Positions 37,501 through 51,237 of a stretch of DNA of 64,000 bases are shown here, piece by piece. Numbering within the stretch: position 1 is the first letter of the stretch; each line of letters starts with the position of its first letter. The notes beneath the pieces are model-generated. The model did not search any database. It was given only the letters and a program-made list of their open reading frames with translations, and was not told where the DNA came from. The position numbers and the translations under genes were made by a program. Origin of the DNA: Trichoplax sp. H2 (lineage: Eukaryota); the NCBI GenBank assembly GCA_003344405.1, contig NOWV01000015.1, forward strand, positions 620,001 to 684,000, given 5' to 3'.

Positions 37501-40500
37501 TTTAACTAATTACGGTAGCTAAGAATAAAGCTAGTAAGTTATCGTGCAAATTGTATACCTTTAAACTAATCATTAACTGTGGCTAATATTTAGCTACAAA
37601 TGATATATTGCTGTTATATTCATTGTAGGAATTGCCACCTGACTCTCATAAATTATAGTATAACTTTCGATAAAAATTTGTCAGTTAATGTGCTAATTAT
37701 AGAGCTCCGAAATAATTATTTGCACACTAATTACAACGAATAATTAGTCTGAAATTGTATCATCTCTTCATGTGCTTACAGCTTGATTTTAATAAATTAC
37801 AGCTATATCGATTAATAAGTGTAGGCTTCCATGTAAATTGTAGACGTCAAGACTAATCACTTACACTTTAATTAATTATTGATTGTAATTAGCTGTAAAT
37901 CGCACGTTCCATTCATTGTAAGTATTCGCATCTATATTTATAATAAATTATAGTATAACTTCGATAAAAAGTCTCCAGTTATTGTGCAAATCATATCGCT
38001 CTAAAATAATCTTGTGTACACTGATTAAATCTAATAATAATTAGCTAGAAATTGTGCCGTCTTCTCTTCACTACGAAATGAGCATACATGCAGCTTGATG
38101 TCAATAAACTATGGTTGTACTGATAAAAAATTGTCAGCTCTCATGCAAATTTTAGCCTTCTAAACGAATCATTTACATATTAATTATAGGCAACAAATTA
38201 GTTACAAATCGCGTATTCTATTTATTGCAGGCATTTGCGTCTAAATTTATAATAAATTATTGTGCAACTATGGAATAAGGCTATCAGTTATTGTGGAAAT
38301 TGGTCGTCTCTAAACTGATCCTTTGTACATTATTGAAAGCGAATCAATAGCTACGAATCCTATCTGTTACAACTTGATTTTGTCAGTAAACGGTAAATTC
38401 TATGATATACAGTCTAGATAGTCTTAATAACCAACGTATTAAATCAATATCTTACTGTTATCTTTTTTCTCTTGAAAAATTCTACATTAAAACTACACTG
38501 CTACATATCACCTCGTACACTAGGTAATGGCGATTAATTAATTATAATCATCATCAATGACGATTTTAAGTCGGTAGTATGCTAGCTTGTATACGAGGTG
38601 GTCGTGATTAATTATATATAATTATCATCAATGATAAATTTTAAGTCGACAATATACTGTACTGACTTGTATAATTGATACCGTAAAATGGTTGCAATGT
38701 CAGAGGATTTGAAAACCCCACTTGGCTAGTAATCTAATTAAAAATTATTTTATGAGACCGATAAACTAACACCAGCATAAATAACACGTTTATAATAGAA
38801 ATTCTATAATTAGAAAAATGCTACTTTCATGGCCTTGTGTTATGTCTATTATGTATGGGATTACATTGCACCAAAGATTAAAAAATAGATATATTGACAG
38901 CATTGATGGAATAAAGTACAGGAAAGGGTATTTGTATGCTTTTTCAATTCTTAAAAATATATTATCATGTTCTGTTCATAGCCAACTAAATTAATTAATT
39001 CATTTATTCTTAATATATTAAACTATTCCTCTTTCCCTATGATACTGTGCAATATAATACCAGAGTAAATCATTTCAGAACCTTACGATTTTAAAGTGTC
39101 TGCTGAAAAAATATATTCAGTAACAGTAAACTACACTTATAATTTTATTTTTAAGTCTCTTTAGGATAGACTCTCACAGCTGATGAATCTATTTACGCCT
39201 GTGATAAATCTAGCGGAAAAGATGCTTTACTGAAATAGACAAATAGCTAAAATAAAATTGTGCTAATACAACGAGTGATAGTCGACGAGTTGTAGTATGC
39301 ATAAAATTACGCCTAGGTGATAAAGTACATTGAAGGGTTTTCGAGCGCTATTTTAATAGTTTAAAGGGACTAGTATGCTTTAACATCACCCTTTTTCACG
39401 TTATACCAATATCGAATTTTTCATGTAAGATCACTCCAAAGTAATCGTGCATAGATTAATTATTCATGGTATAAAAAAATTAATATCGCAGCAAGCAATT
39501 ACCCAAACTTACAATAACAGGTGAATCGTTATAAAGAGCCAGGTAATCTTCGACCATAACAGCATTTAAACTTTCTTGTGAACAGTAAGCTTGGTCCATG
39601 TTGATATTCATTGTCCTGGTTTCATTATTTGGAAGTTCGACCAAAAATTGGTTAGGAGTCGTCTAATGAAGAACAGCAGTTGATAGTGAAGAAAAAAATG
39701 ATAAACTATCAGCCTAAACTATAACTTATAGTTAATTTTCATAACATGGATAGAAGTTAAGCATAGAAACTAGGAAGGTACTGACAAATTATATTACATA
39801 CGCCTGAATGATATGTGAATGCAGTGCAACAAGAATATTGAACAGCAGTACTTTTCAGAAAGATTCTGAAATTTAGTCCGGATAGTAATTATAGGTAGAC
39901 TTTAGACCTTGGTAGATTAGCATAAAGTAATATACTAAATTGCAATGGATTACATAAGTAAATACTGTACTTTGTGGTAATAACAATAAAGATTTCTTTC
40001 TAGTTAAATACTGTATTATTCAATTTTTACTATAACAGAGTCAGTAAAGTATGTAATATTAAATATAAATCATTATTATTAGGTAGTAACAATTATGCAA
40101 TTTTCTTTCGAAATTTTAGACTCCAAAAAAGTACTTAAAATATTTTAATATATCAGCTGGTAATGAAGTCAGATGGTGAGGGCTAATAATGAACGACTAA
40201 AATGCAATTTGTCTCCTTTCAATGCCATTATCCTCATTGCTATGCCTGAAGTTGTTTGAACAATCTATAGAGCCATTTCTCCTTGATTCTGGATAACTAA
40301 CAAATTTCGATGGTAGCTGGTACACATTCTTGCCTATCTTGAAGGCATTGAATTTATTGTATGCTGCTGTTTACTCAGTAATCATATTAACAAGACGTTA
40401 AAACTTCTATAATCTAGTATAAGTGACTACGAGACAAATGTGTTGTTTTCGCTCAATTTTTAACCCTATAATCAAAGTTGTCTGCATTTAAAATAAATTC

Positions 40501-41907
40501 AATTCAATTGAAATATATGCACATACTACATGTAAGCGTTATAGGTCCTACATGCAAGATATAATGTCAAGTATTAATTAATGTGCCTTTATAAATTTTT
40601 TTAATATAGTTACTTGAAAGTAAAAAATTTTAAGTAAATTGAATTAATAAAATTCGTTTTACTTAAGTACAGTAATATTTTGTTTCGAGCAGCCATAAAA
40701 ATTAATATTGAACGTAAATCAATATTATTTTAACGCTGAACTAAAGCCTACTATAGTAAATTGATGTAAAAGAATTGAGATAATAGTTAATATCTCTATA
40801 AAATTAGCATAGTAAGTTGGATTTAAGAATTTTTGAAGGAAATCAATGTTAGCGATATTGTATGATAAATATAATCTAACATGTTGCATAAATCATAACT
40901 TAGTACCAATCCTACTTTAATCATTGTTTCAATTCTTATAATCTATGTATAATATTGGCTAATAATAAGGTATCAATAGTATTAAGCTTATCTTTAACTA
41001 TGGTAATGAATTACCCTTCTTTAGCAGGTTTAACTCTGTAGATTAGGTAGCTATAATAAGATTTATTTTGAAGCAACGACAAGCAACTATGCATTGCTAC
41101 ATATTTGAATACAATATTCGGAGGGCCTAATCATTAGTAATCGACGGTCGATAAAAGGATTTATCATTTTGCAAATTTATTTAGAGCTGAGCGTGCAAAT
41201 GTTTGATGTATTTTCCCTTCAAAGTAATTGGTTATTGCAAAGGTTAAGAAATCTTCGTGTAATGATAGTGTACTTCTATATAGTATCATAGTGTTTATCC
41301 TAGCATTCGTTAATAATAGTAATCACAAAAGTGATATTTAGCTAGCTGCTATTTTATCGTAAATTCAAGCTGGCTAACGACTTGAATGAAACTAAGATTG
41401 TTTGCTGTGGTAGAGAAAGTAGACGATATTTAATTTCTAACCATGACTTTACTGGTTTATACATGGTATGTTATTGCATTTTATGTGTTCGAATAGTTGT
41501 GTTGGCCTTCGTATATTAAAAGAATGCTATAATTAATTATACGAATATTCTACGTATCCATGGTCTTGTAGATACTGTATAACTTTAGATCAACACTAGG
41601 CTGATTTCTCTACTATCCGAGACAAGAAATGGTGTTTATATATACTGGACTATTATTGCTGATTAGATATATTAATTATTGGCCTACGAAAGATAAACGA
41701 TTATAGTGCTACGTATGATAACATTTAATTTAACAACTAACTAACGGTCGATAGCTCGATTACCTTAGAAGATTCATTTTGAAATTGACAGCTGCGAATA
41801 ACAGCAGATTTCCATTGGATATCAGACCATTGATGAACTTGCTTATCTTGACCTAGAGGAGCATATAAAATTTCCCGGCCTGGTAGAATTTCTTCTGATA
41901 AATCCAT
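28577..41907 (-). CDS. KDM3: KDM3/JMJD1-family JmjC histone H3K9 demethylase, >20 exons. First exon 41907-41764; further exons ~39662-39513, 37008-36801, 35737-35564, large exon ~34400-33150, zinc-finger exons 32880-32044, JmjC exons 31220-28577
   Basis: N-terminus [31 protein letters not shown]; zinc finger [78 protein letters not shown] (HxD); [57 protein letters not shown]; stop TGA at 28579-28577. Some internal exon boundaries are approximate. Confidence 0.93.
33585..33990 (-). repeat. Internal 201-bp (67-aa) tandem duplication within the KDM3 low-complexity exon
   Basis: [46 protein letters not shown] versus [46 protein letters not shown]. Confidence 0.85.
35790..36690. repeat. Highly degenerate short-period intronic tandem repeat
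   Basis: gtaaaactgattc / ctaatctc / tatcga.gatattaattaact motifs recur many times across the KDM3 intron. Confidence 0.5.
37380..38340. repeat. Degenerate intronic tandem repeat (~145-bp units, ~295-bp higher-order period)
   Basis: taaattatagtataact(t)tcgataaaaa...cagtta.tgtgc.aat.ata.cgctc..aaataat at ~37649 and ~37944. Related gtgcaaatt...ctctaaa..aatc units at ~37405, 37545, 37830, 38140, 38290. Confidence 0.65.
38530..38675. repeat. ~75-bp direct duplication
   Basis: gattaatta...aat.atcatcaatga..attttaagtcg...tat.ct...cttgtata occurs twice. Confidence 0.7.
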
Positions 41908-43640
41908 GTTTTATATTTTGATGCGATGAATGAATGATCTCGTCCAATCGTCTATCCTAATTAAGATGGAGTAGGTGGACAATATAGCTCCTATCTAGCA
42001 CTATTATACTATTTGCTCAAGGATATTCGAAGACTTTTGCTAAATTAACAGGTGATCATCGTAATCTAGAAAGGCGGCATAGCTTGAGCTAGTTTACAAG
42101 AACTCCTTCGGTACGTAGTCACAAACCCGATGGGGCAATTTGCCTCACCGTAAATTCTTCAATCGTGCTTCGACGAATCACTAGATCTTTACTTATTGAC
42201 CGTCTCTCTCGGCAGTACTTATAAAATCATATTCCTAACTGCATGATACACTTGCTTATTACAGTGTTAACGGCCAAGGAACATGACCTTGATTGATTGC
42301 TTTGCGAATGCTGTTATACGGCTGGACACGCCGCTTAAATCGAAAGAGATTTTGATAGCAGTCGATACAGCATAGGATAGTGTCGATTACATTTACATAG
42401 TATATTCTAACCTAGTGTGTTGTGTTTGGCACAGTGGACTACCTAGTTGGCATTCTTAGTCGGACGGCCAGAACTAATTATAATTATGTATAATGAACCA
42501 TACCAAGATACATACATACAGTACTAGCTTGACCAGATATTTTAGTACAGAGACTATACGGTCTCAAGTCTATCATATAGTAATGTTGTACCATAGCTTT
42601 CGATTGCATCGTAGTTTTTGTGTATCCAGCTACAGTGTAGAAAATTTTATTTCTATAGTTTACTGTAGTCGGCTATTGCATACTCCGAGATTCAGCAACT
42701 TATCCGCATTAATATATATGCAAGAAGACTTATTGGACTACTTCAGTCATGCCTTACAATCGGTTGTAGCGCACTAGAATTGCAAACTTGTCCCAGTCCG
42801 ATTCTAATGGCGCGATTTGCGCCCACAGTTAATAAATCTCTCCCGACTAATGGATGATGAAATTTAGCATAAAATATATATTATTGTAATAATGTTCGTA
42901 TTTTATAGCCATGGACTACCAAATATTATTATTTATAGCAACTAAATAATGCTGGTGGGATATGTACTCTATGACATATCCTTAAGATACTTTTTTGATT
43001 TGATGAAGTTTACGCTGACACTAGTAAATAATTCATGATCACAGTTTACCATTCAAATTAACCGGATCAGTCACTTTTAACTACGACTTTACAATAGGGA
43101 TTTAATGCACTGCAGAACTATACACCTATATTGTAGCAGTTGCATATAAAATGCAAAACTTTAGAAAGTTTGCTACCGCGTATCTAGGTCAATGTACATT
43201 AAGCTCACGGAAAATCAAAGATCTAGGTTATAATAATATTTTTAAAATATTTATAAACTCACAAGCCAACTCTAATATTTCGCAATTACAAAAATTTTAT
43301 CAAATAACATATCGTTTGCGAATGTCTAATTTCAACCTCAATTTCATGAAAAGCTTGGATTCTGTGGTATTGACGTTTTCAAATTAAAACTGCTATTATT
43401 ACGAGCTACTACGTTTAGACTAAGCGGCATAAAATGAAACATTATTCTATTATTCCATAAGTGCTTATTTATGTGCTGGCTCCAGCTTGACACTATATTG
43501 TACGCGTAAATTGGATTATAGAAATCACGTAGGTTAAGAGCTATGGCATCACTTTAACAAAGCAATAGAGTTTATAAGATGTCATCTACGAATAGATAAT
43601 TGCCATTATGGTAGAATTGTATCTTTCTTGATAAAAAATT

Positions 43641-46600
43641 CTATGACGACGATAAAAGTCTTGCAAATTCTACTAGAGTGCGTGTAGGACGACCTGAAAT
43701 AAATCGTAATCCATGATGAAAATGATTTAAATTTTTGATGATAAAATAAAATTGAACTTGAAAGTAATTCCAATACCAGCAAATTATGAAGTTTTATTAT
43801 CGTAACTGACGTGAGATGAATTTGTAGCATCCTATACATACCTGTCATCCCATTGCGTAGATAAGCCGGGTAATCACCTTCTGAAGACATGACACCAGCT
43901 ATATCGAGATGTGCCCAGCGAGAGTTTGAAACAAATTCCTAAGCAGAAGTAATGAGTTTTTTCAACCTTAATGATTCATTATATTACAGACGTTATAGTA
44001 TTAAAGCTATATTTCGATGGAAAAGAATACGATATATTAGGATTCTCAATGTTATAGTGAGGAATTTAAGTTGAGCCCTTTTCGTCCAACAAGTTTTTAG
44101 TGAATAATGTAAAATACCTTTAGAAATGCTGCTGCTGTGCAAGCTCCACCAATCCTGAAGTGATAAATTAAAAAAACAATCGATACCGTAATTTAAACAT
44201 TTACTGGGGCCGAATTCATTGACATTGTATGAGCAGAATGGCAATTTACAGATATTTAATAATTACCCTCCTGCTTTCCCAATATTTCTGATATCGGCGA
44301 CATTAGATTTAATTTGTTTAGAATATAGATCATACAACGGCATCTGCCATAAACGGTCACCACTTTTCCAGCTACACTAACGACCGATAATTAATACGAT
44401 AACGAAATATTATTGCACGAGTAATTCTTTTACACTCACGTATTACATTGAAAATATATCTTAAAATTAAGTTTTATACCTCATATAATTCTTGCCATAA
44501 TTTCTTTGAATTTGTAAAAACACCTGCAGCACCTGCTCCTGTTGCCACCGCCATAGCTCCTAGAAATGTTTGATAATGGACAATAATTATATATATACAT
44601 AATTAAACATTAGAATAACAACCGAACTAAGTAACGTTAACAAATATATGTCGTTCTTTGTAACCAATATATCTATATGCTGCTCAATTTACCGGTTAAA
44701 GTTGCAATGTCTATCAAAGTTTCAGGATTAAATTGATGAACAAAGTGCAAAGCGTCGGCAAGAATTAATCGTCCCTCTGCATCGGTATTATCCACCTTTA
44801 AAAAATTGTAAAATCCTTCAGTTATTAATCTTATCACTAATCTTATAGACTCCCATTTGAAAGCATTAAACTCTACGGAGTATAATAACAGAATATCATT
44901 GTGACAGACACGTGCGATCATCAAATTATGTACAGCGCAACCTGCTGTTATTACACCTGAATTGTTTTTCCGCTCATAGCTGTTAGAACATCGCCAGGTT
45001 TTACTGCACTTCCAGAAGGCATATTTTCACACAACGGAATGACACCAATTATATTGAGAGGTAAATTAAGCTTTGAAGCCGCGTACAATGTTCCAATCGT
45101 GACAGCCGCGCCGCCCATATCTGCTTTCATCATGTCCATATTGGCGGCAGGTTTAATACTAATCCCACCACTACAATAGTACAAATTTATAACTCTCTTC
45201 ATTTGTAGTTATCAACATGGAAGTTAACCAGTAAGTAAATACCTGTCAAAAGTTACGCCTAAGGAAGTAATAGAGTAATACGAAAACATGAGGTTATAAG
45301 GAGGCACCAAGTATCAATAAATCCACAGTATAATCTGACATGCAACTGCTAAAAGGTAATATACCCTTTCCAACAATTGCCAAAGCGTGCTTTTCGGTAC
45401 TTTGATTTCCACGGTAATCCACGACTAGAAAAACTGGAGGTTCACATGACCCCTGAGAGACTCCAAGAAATGCACGCATATTATTTTCTTCAGCCCATTC
45501 TTTATCGCTGCATTACAAAGGAATGTTTTAAAATTCTCAAAAGTACAGTATTATTTGATATTTATTTACGGAATATCAGGCTTACTAAGATGTAATGGTA
45601 ATATTCTTAAATCCTGCCATGGTCTTTTCAACGGTAGAAGCAAAGATGGTTGGGGTCATTAAATTTGATGGTGAATCCATTAAGCGTCGAGCAAAATTTT
45701 GACTCTCCGCCAGAATCGAACCAAAACCCCAGTCTTTTGATATTAATTGATCACTAAAATAATTAAATATACGAATTAAAGTATTAGCTGTAAACCACGT
45801 ACGAGGTATATGCTACAGTAGTCATATTTAATTTGCTTACTCCTTCATAAAATGTGTCAAGAGTAATTCAACTTTGCATTTCTTTTCTTGATCCGATTTT
45901 AAATCATTAAAGTCATAATTAGCTAGATAGGCGCCTTCAGCAGCAGCTTGATAGGAGGAATAGTTATAAAATGTTCATAATAGTGCATAGGGATTTACTA
46001 AGATTCTCAATTTATGTCGAGGTATGAATCTTACCTTTTGCATCCCAGCACGGATCCACTTCAATAGTAGATAATTCCAGTGATTTTAGTTGCTTTACTC
46101 CACCTAAGTGCAAAACATACGCAGCAAGGATCATCATGATAGAATTTTAATAAAACAATCTAACTAAAGTAGAAAACAATTTTACTGGATATATACAATC
46201 TCATGATAGTATAATATATAAGTAGGTAAGTTCACCTGCTATTCCAGTACGGATATTTTCCTTCTCTTCATCAATATTTTCAAGCGATTCGGAATTTTCA
46301 TTTAAGCTTTCAATATTAGCAACGTAGACTGCTGGATAATCCTGTAACAGTTTTTAAAAGTGTAAATTGTGGATTAAGCGATTTAAATTTAATATTAATA
46401 TTTATATATATATATATATGCCGTAACCTATATATATATATATATACGAGTATATATGTGCATGATAAAAGTAATAGATCTTAAATTCAATAACGTAACT
46501 TTAAAATATCTTTGACGTTAGCTTATGTACACGTACTATGTTGCATGATATTACAAAAATATTATCTATTTTCAGTAGAGAAGCCGTTGTGTATGATAAA

Positions 46601-47057
46601 TGACAAATTACAATTTAAATTCATGCTAGGATTAGTTAATTCTAATAATTAGAATAGAAGTGTACCTCGTCCAATCCGTAAAAAAGACTTCCTGCACCTT
46701 TATTAAAGCCGGGAGCTCTGAAATAATAGAATAATTGTATTACGTGAAATACTTAGTAGCTCATTTGTACCTTGCCAATCATACGTTTTTAGTAACTCTG
46801 ATAGTCGTCCATTAGTCTTGGTATCAAATGCTTTTGCAGCTCCTGTCAATTCTGGCTGGGTCGTTTTATCTCCGTCTTTCCGAACTGCCAGCAATAGACC
46901 TCTGCCTGCCTATCAATACCAGATATTGCGGTCACTCATTTATAATCAATGTTGGATTAAGTATACAACCTCGAAGCATCAATTACAAGCAAGTACATAC
47001 ATATCGAGTAGAAGCTGTTCCGAAAAATCGACGAATTAAACCATGGGATTTCAGCAT
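43641..47057 (-). CDS. LAP3: M17 leucine aminopeptidase with a predicted mitochondrial presequence; about 15 exons including a 16-nt microexon (45258-45243)
   Basis: Exon 1 [142 protein letters not shown]; stop TAG at 43643-43641. Confidence 0.95.
46404..46446. repeat. Interrupted (TA)n microsatellite in a LAP3 intron
   Basis: Two TA runs separated by gccgtaacc. Confidence 0.8.
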
Positions 47058-48617
47058 TCTGTAAAATTTTTATCATCAATTAATTCTTTGCTCAGATCAA
47101 AGTACGAGTATCTATGCGCGTTAAAATGATAACGCAATTTATTAAGGACTTGAGATGATTGTTCGCATGTTATGCATGACAGCTAATCAAATTTCAATAC
47201 TATTAAAGACACGTTAACATTCAAGGCACTTTTTTTAAGGTCCCTAAACAACTCAGTGACTGGACCTGGTACTGCCGTTGTAAGCGAAAAAGCTTCCCAT
47301 TAAAAAATTGTATCAATAATACAGGTATACACTTACTGTACACGTATTGTAGATCTTTTTTTTAACAGATCCATGCAGCTTCAAGGTGCTAATGGCATCT
47401 CTTATGAAACAGTTGTACAGTACAGTATTATATATATACGTTATCTAGTCTAAATGAATTCCAATTACTGCTATCATCTTCTTTAGAAGCAGTTGCTTGA
47501 GTACACAGTAACTTGATAGTACTGCAACAAAATGAGCAGCCTACAAGGTCATCAACACTGCCGGAAGAAAATCACCACTTTTTCCCCTGCTCTACAGCTG
47601 CAACAACAAGTATGTCAGTGCTCCAGTTTTGTTCATCGTGCAACTACTCGTACCACTTGATATGGCAGGAATAGCAATAGCACGTCAATAATTAATACAT
47701 AATACTGGATGATATTCAAGTCTAGATCTAGCATGATACAGTAATTTAACTTGATCTCGCTAAGCTTCTTGATTGCGACCAGGGTAGGCTCTAGCTCAGC
47801 GCTCTTAATGGTTGCAAATAGTAGTAAATACTGTACAACTTCAATCCAGCACAATTGAGATAATTTATGAATCAGAACAAAATATTTCCATATATTGGTC
47901 TGTGTGTACTCTTGATGATGACCATAAATAACGTGCTAACATCATCTATAATACTCGATGATATTCAAGTCTAGATCTAGCATGGCATGCATACTCTGTA
48001 ATCTAACTTTAGTAGATTAAGTGAAGATGAATTTTACCTTGATCTTGTTAAGCTCCTTAGAAAGCGAGGAAGGATGCTTCAAAATAATAATGGTAGCAAA
48101 TGGTGGACTCCACAATCTATTGCCAGCTCGTACCCTACTGAACAGTACTGTACTATTAGTGTATACTGTAATAAGGTATACTATAGTAAGGTGATTATGC
48201 AGCGTATTACTACGCAAATCAGTGTACGATACTGTACTGTAGCATACTGAATGTCATCATCAAGTGAGTCTGCGACGAATTTGTCACCTTCATTCTCCTC
48301 GTTGTTTTGGTCGAGCAATCACAGCATAAGTGGTGGCAAATCTACCGCTAAAGTTACTGAAAATGTCGACGAGAAACGATATAGAAGAGTTTTAGAACAT
48401 TTTGGATAGACAGACCTTGGCCATTTGTAGAATACCCTTATCAATTACGTTGTTCTTGCTGGTTACAAATACGTAGAGTCTATACCAATGTACTGCGATT
48501 ATTTTCAATCGGCGAGCATTTCAAAATTTCTATGGTGGATATGGGAAGTCTAGTCCACTTCAAAAAGAGCGAATAAATTTTCAATGAGACCAATGTGATC
48601 ATAGAACAATTGCTCCA

Positions 48618-51237
48618 ATGTTGCGCCAAATCAAATTTCTACACTATGTTTTAAAGTCTTTCTTGTATAACTCGTTTAATTCGAGTTTAACACTAATTGA
48701 AACTGCCTTTCAACCGACCTTGTTTTGCTTTGATATCCTTATCCGAATTTTAGGCCCGGTAAAGTATTAACAGTAGCCTTGATAATGATGTAAAAGTAGA
48801 ATATCAATCAGAACTGTAACCATAACTCATAGGAAGTGTTCAAATCTAAGGGTTCTTTTTATGAAATAGTAAAAAATGATCTACAATTTAGTTAATACAC
48901 ACTTCATTGGTTGTCATAATTGTTTAAACTATCTTATGCAGTGATCAAGAGATCTTGTACCAAAGCTTGCATGGATTAAGCACAGAATCATGTTATTACT
49001 TATAGGTTCAATGGTACATCTTGTAGGCTGCAGACATAAAATTTTAGAGTGCTTGTTGCTCACGGTATCAAATAGATTCAATATTAATGTTGTCGTGGGA
49101 ACGCGAATTGTAATATACTCTACAATTGATGAGATTGCAATAACTAAGAAATCTGTATAATATTAAATTAAAAATAATAATGAATGAAATGGACGTATGT
49201 TGATAATTTGATGGAGTCTAAGAAATTTTTCATTTTCTTCAATGCTAGCTATTTGTAGTATTGGTGATAGGTCTGACAACAGTCGTGGTCGTTCTTTACT
49301 ACCGACTCCTAGTTCCGAGAATTTTAACTTATGGCTTTATTCGATCATCATGTCATCTTTTGTATGCGCATTGGTTATTAGTCAATATCTGCCATCAGTA
49401 TTATCGAGCAGTTTGTACAGAACCTGGATATCCTGATGAGGTTATTGATATTATTATATAGTAGAATCATATCTCTATACTGTATGTACATAGTAATAGC
49501 TAATATCGATAAAGATTAAATTCTAATGACGTTTTTACAAATACAATATTTGAAATTCTATTTTAACTAGTTATAGTACATTGCAATTTAGTTTTGATCA
49601 TTCCTTTACTCGTAAGCTCAAATCGCACTCAATTCTGCTGTTTGAATGCTTATAAAGTCTTCACTCTCAATCTATATAAATTATGTTACTATCCATTCAT
49701 TTGTACAATTTTATAAGATTACGTAAAGAGTGCGAATTTTGTAACAGAAGAGGCTCAAAGGCATAAAATGTAATATACTCTACATTTCAGAATCCAGAAA
49801 ATGCTATTGAAGCTTTACACTATCCAGTTTGCAAAGCCTGTAAGATATTATAGAATTATGTTCATATTTATTATTGCTACAGTCTGTATTTATATAAGAA
49901 ATTATGCTCTTATCAAGGTATCGTTGCTAAACCTCCAAGGACTCATCACTGTCGCATTTGTAGGAGGTAAGGAGAAAAAGAAATGGATACTCAAATAATT
50001 ACGACTTTAATATATACTCCAGATTCAAATGAATTGTCTATAGTATTTAAATCATTTTTACCATAGGTGTATTATGAAGATGGATCATCACTGCCGTATC
50101 TTCAACTACGTTTTCTTATAAGGATATTGTACAATTTGTAGCAAAATTTGCTATTAAAGTAGAAGTATTAATTAATATAGTATACAACTTGGCCATCATA
50201 TTATATGCAACAATAACGTATTAATACGTGTATATACAAGTACACGAGTATTTGTCCTTAATAGTAATATCTGTAGCTTGGGTAAATAATTGTGTAGGTC
50301 GGAATAACCATCGCTATTTTATACTCTTCTGCGTATACATGTTTCTTGGCACGTTATACGTCTCTCTCTCTGGATATGATTTATTTCTTGATCAGTTATA
50401 TCTCCAGGTATGTGATTTAATTTTGGCGGTGTATAATTTAAGATCGTATTACATGTTTCCTATAGGTGATTTTTAATCGTAATTTTTGTCTGATACGAAA
50501 CACGAGGTTTTAGAGCTTGACTAAGAATGCATGTAATGCAAGCGTGCTATTACTGAGAGATATCCTGATCGTTGCATAAGCACACTGTTTATGTACATGC
50601 AGCATCATTTTTAGTTATGTTCTTCCTTTAATGAGTAGATTGTTTATAATTGTAAAAATTTTTTCATCAATCTTCAGCTTCAAGATCGTTCGAAATTGAA
50701 CTTGGCTTCCGAGTATGAAACGGATCAGTCTAGTGCGTTATTCTTAGGAATTCTTTGTGCAACAGTGGCTTTTATATTATTACTCTTTACTGGCTGGCAT
50801 TGTTTTCTTATATCTACAAATCAAACGACGATAGAAACGTATGCCAATAAGAAAAAGAAAAAGTTATTGAAGAAAAAAGGAAAGGTCAGTCATAGCATAA
50901 AGATGAATTCTTAATTATTTTTAATCATGGCATCCAGTGACAAACTGATCGTTTCGATGGGAGTTTTTAGAATTTGTTAACGTACACAATATTCATTTTT
51001 AATATTAATTATTAATCATCATTATTTGTAATGAAAATGTTGCAATAGCGATTCCGTAACAAATATGACCGTGGCTTTGTAAGTAATTGGAGGTCAGTTC
51101 TTGGAATCTCAAGAAATGATAGTTTTGCCTTATTATTGTGGCCGAAAGCCTTACCGCCTATCCGAGACGACTACAGAACTGACTACAGCAATAAACTTAA
51201 TGGAAATTTTATAGTGGAAACTGTACGCTCTGTTTGA
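48618..51237 (+). CDS. ZDHHC16: DHHC palmitoyltransferase, ZDHHC16 orthologue. Exons: 48618-48758, 49249-49440, 49791-49839, 49918-49966, 50067-50095, 50277-50407, 50678-50884, 51049-51237
   Basis: N-terminus LKSFLYNSF...ETAFQP...IRILGP resembles ZDHHC16; [87 protein letters not shown]. Confidence 0.92.
50096..50276 (+). other. Probable U12-type (minor spliceosome) GT-AG intron within the Pro codon of DHHC-P-W
   Basis: 5' splice site GTATCTTC (U12 consensus GTATCCTT); branch-point-like TCCTTAAT at 50255-50262, ~15 nt from the AG; no polypyrimidine tract. Confidence 0.75.

Noticed and set aside
37950-37970. ATAACTTCGATAA resembles a loxP arm
   Set aside because: Only a partial match, no inverted partner arm, and it is part of an AT-rich degenerate repeat.
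42493-43387. Plus-strand ORFs between KDM3 and LAP3
   Set aside because: No motifs or consistent splice structure; likely chance ORFs.
51223-51237. ZDHHC16 C-terminus VRSV as a class I PDZ ligand
   Set aside because: The -2 residue is Arg rather than Ser/Thr.
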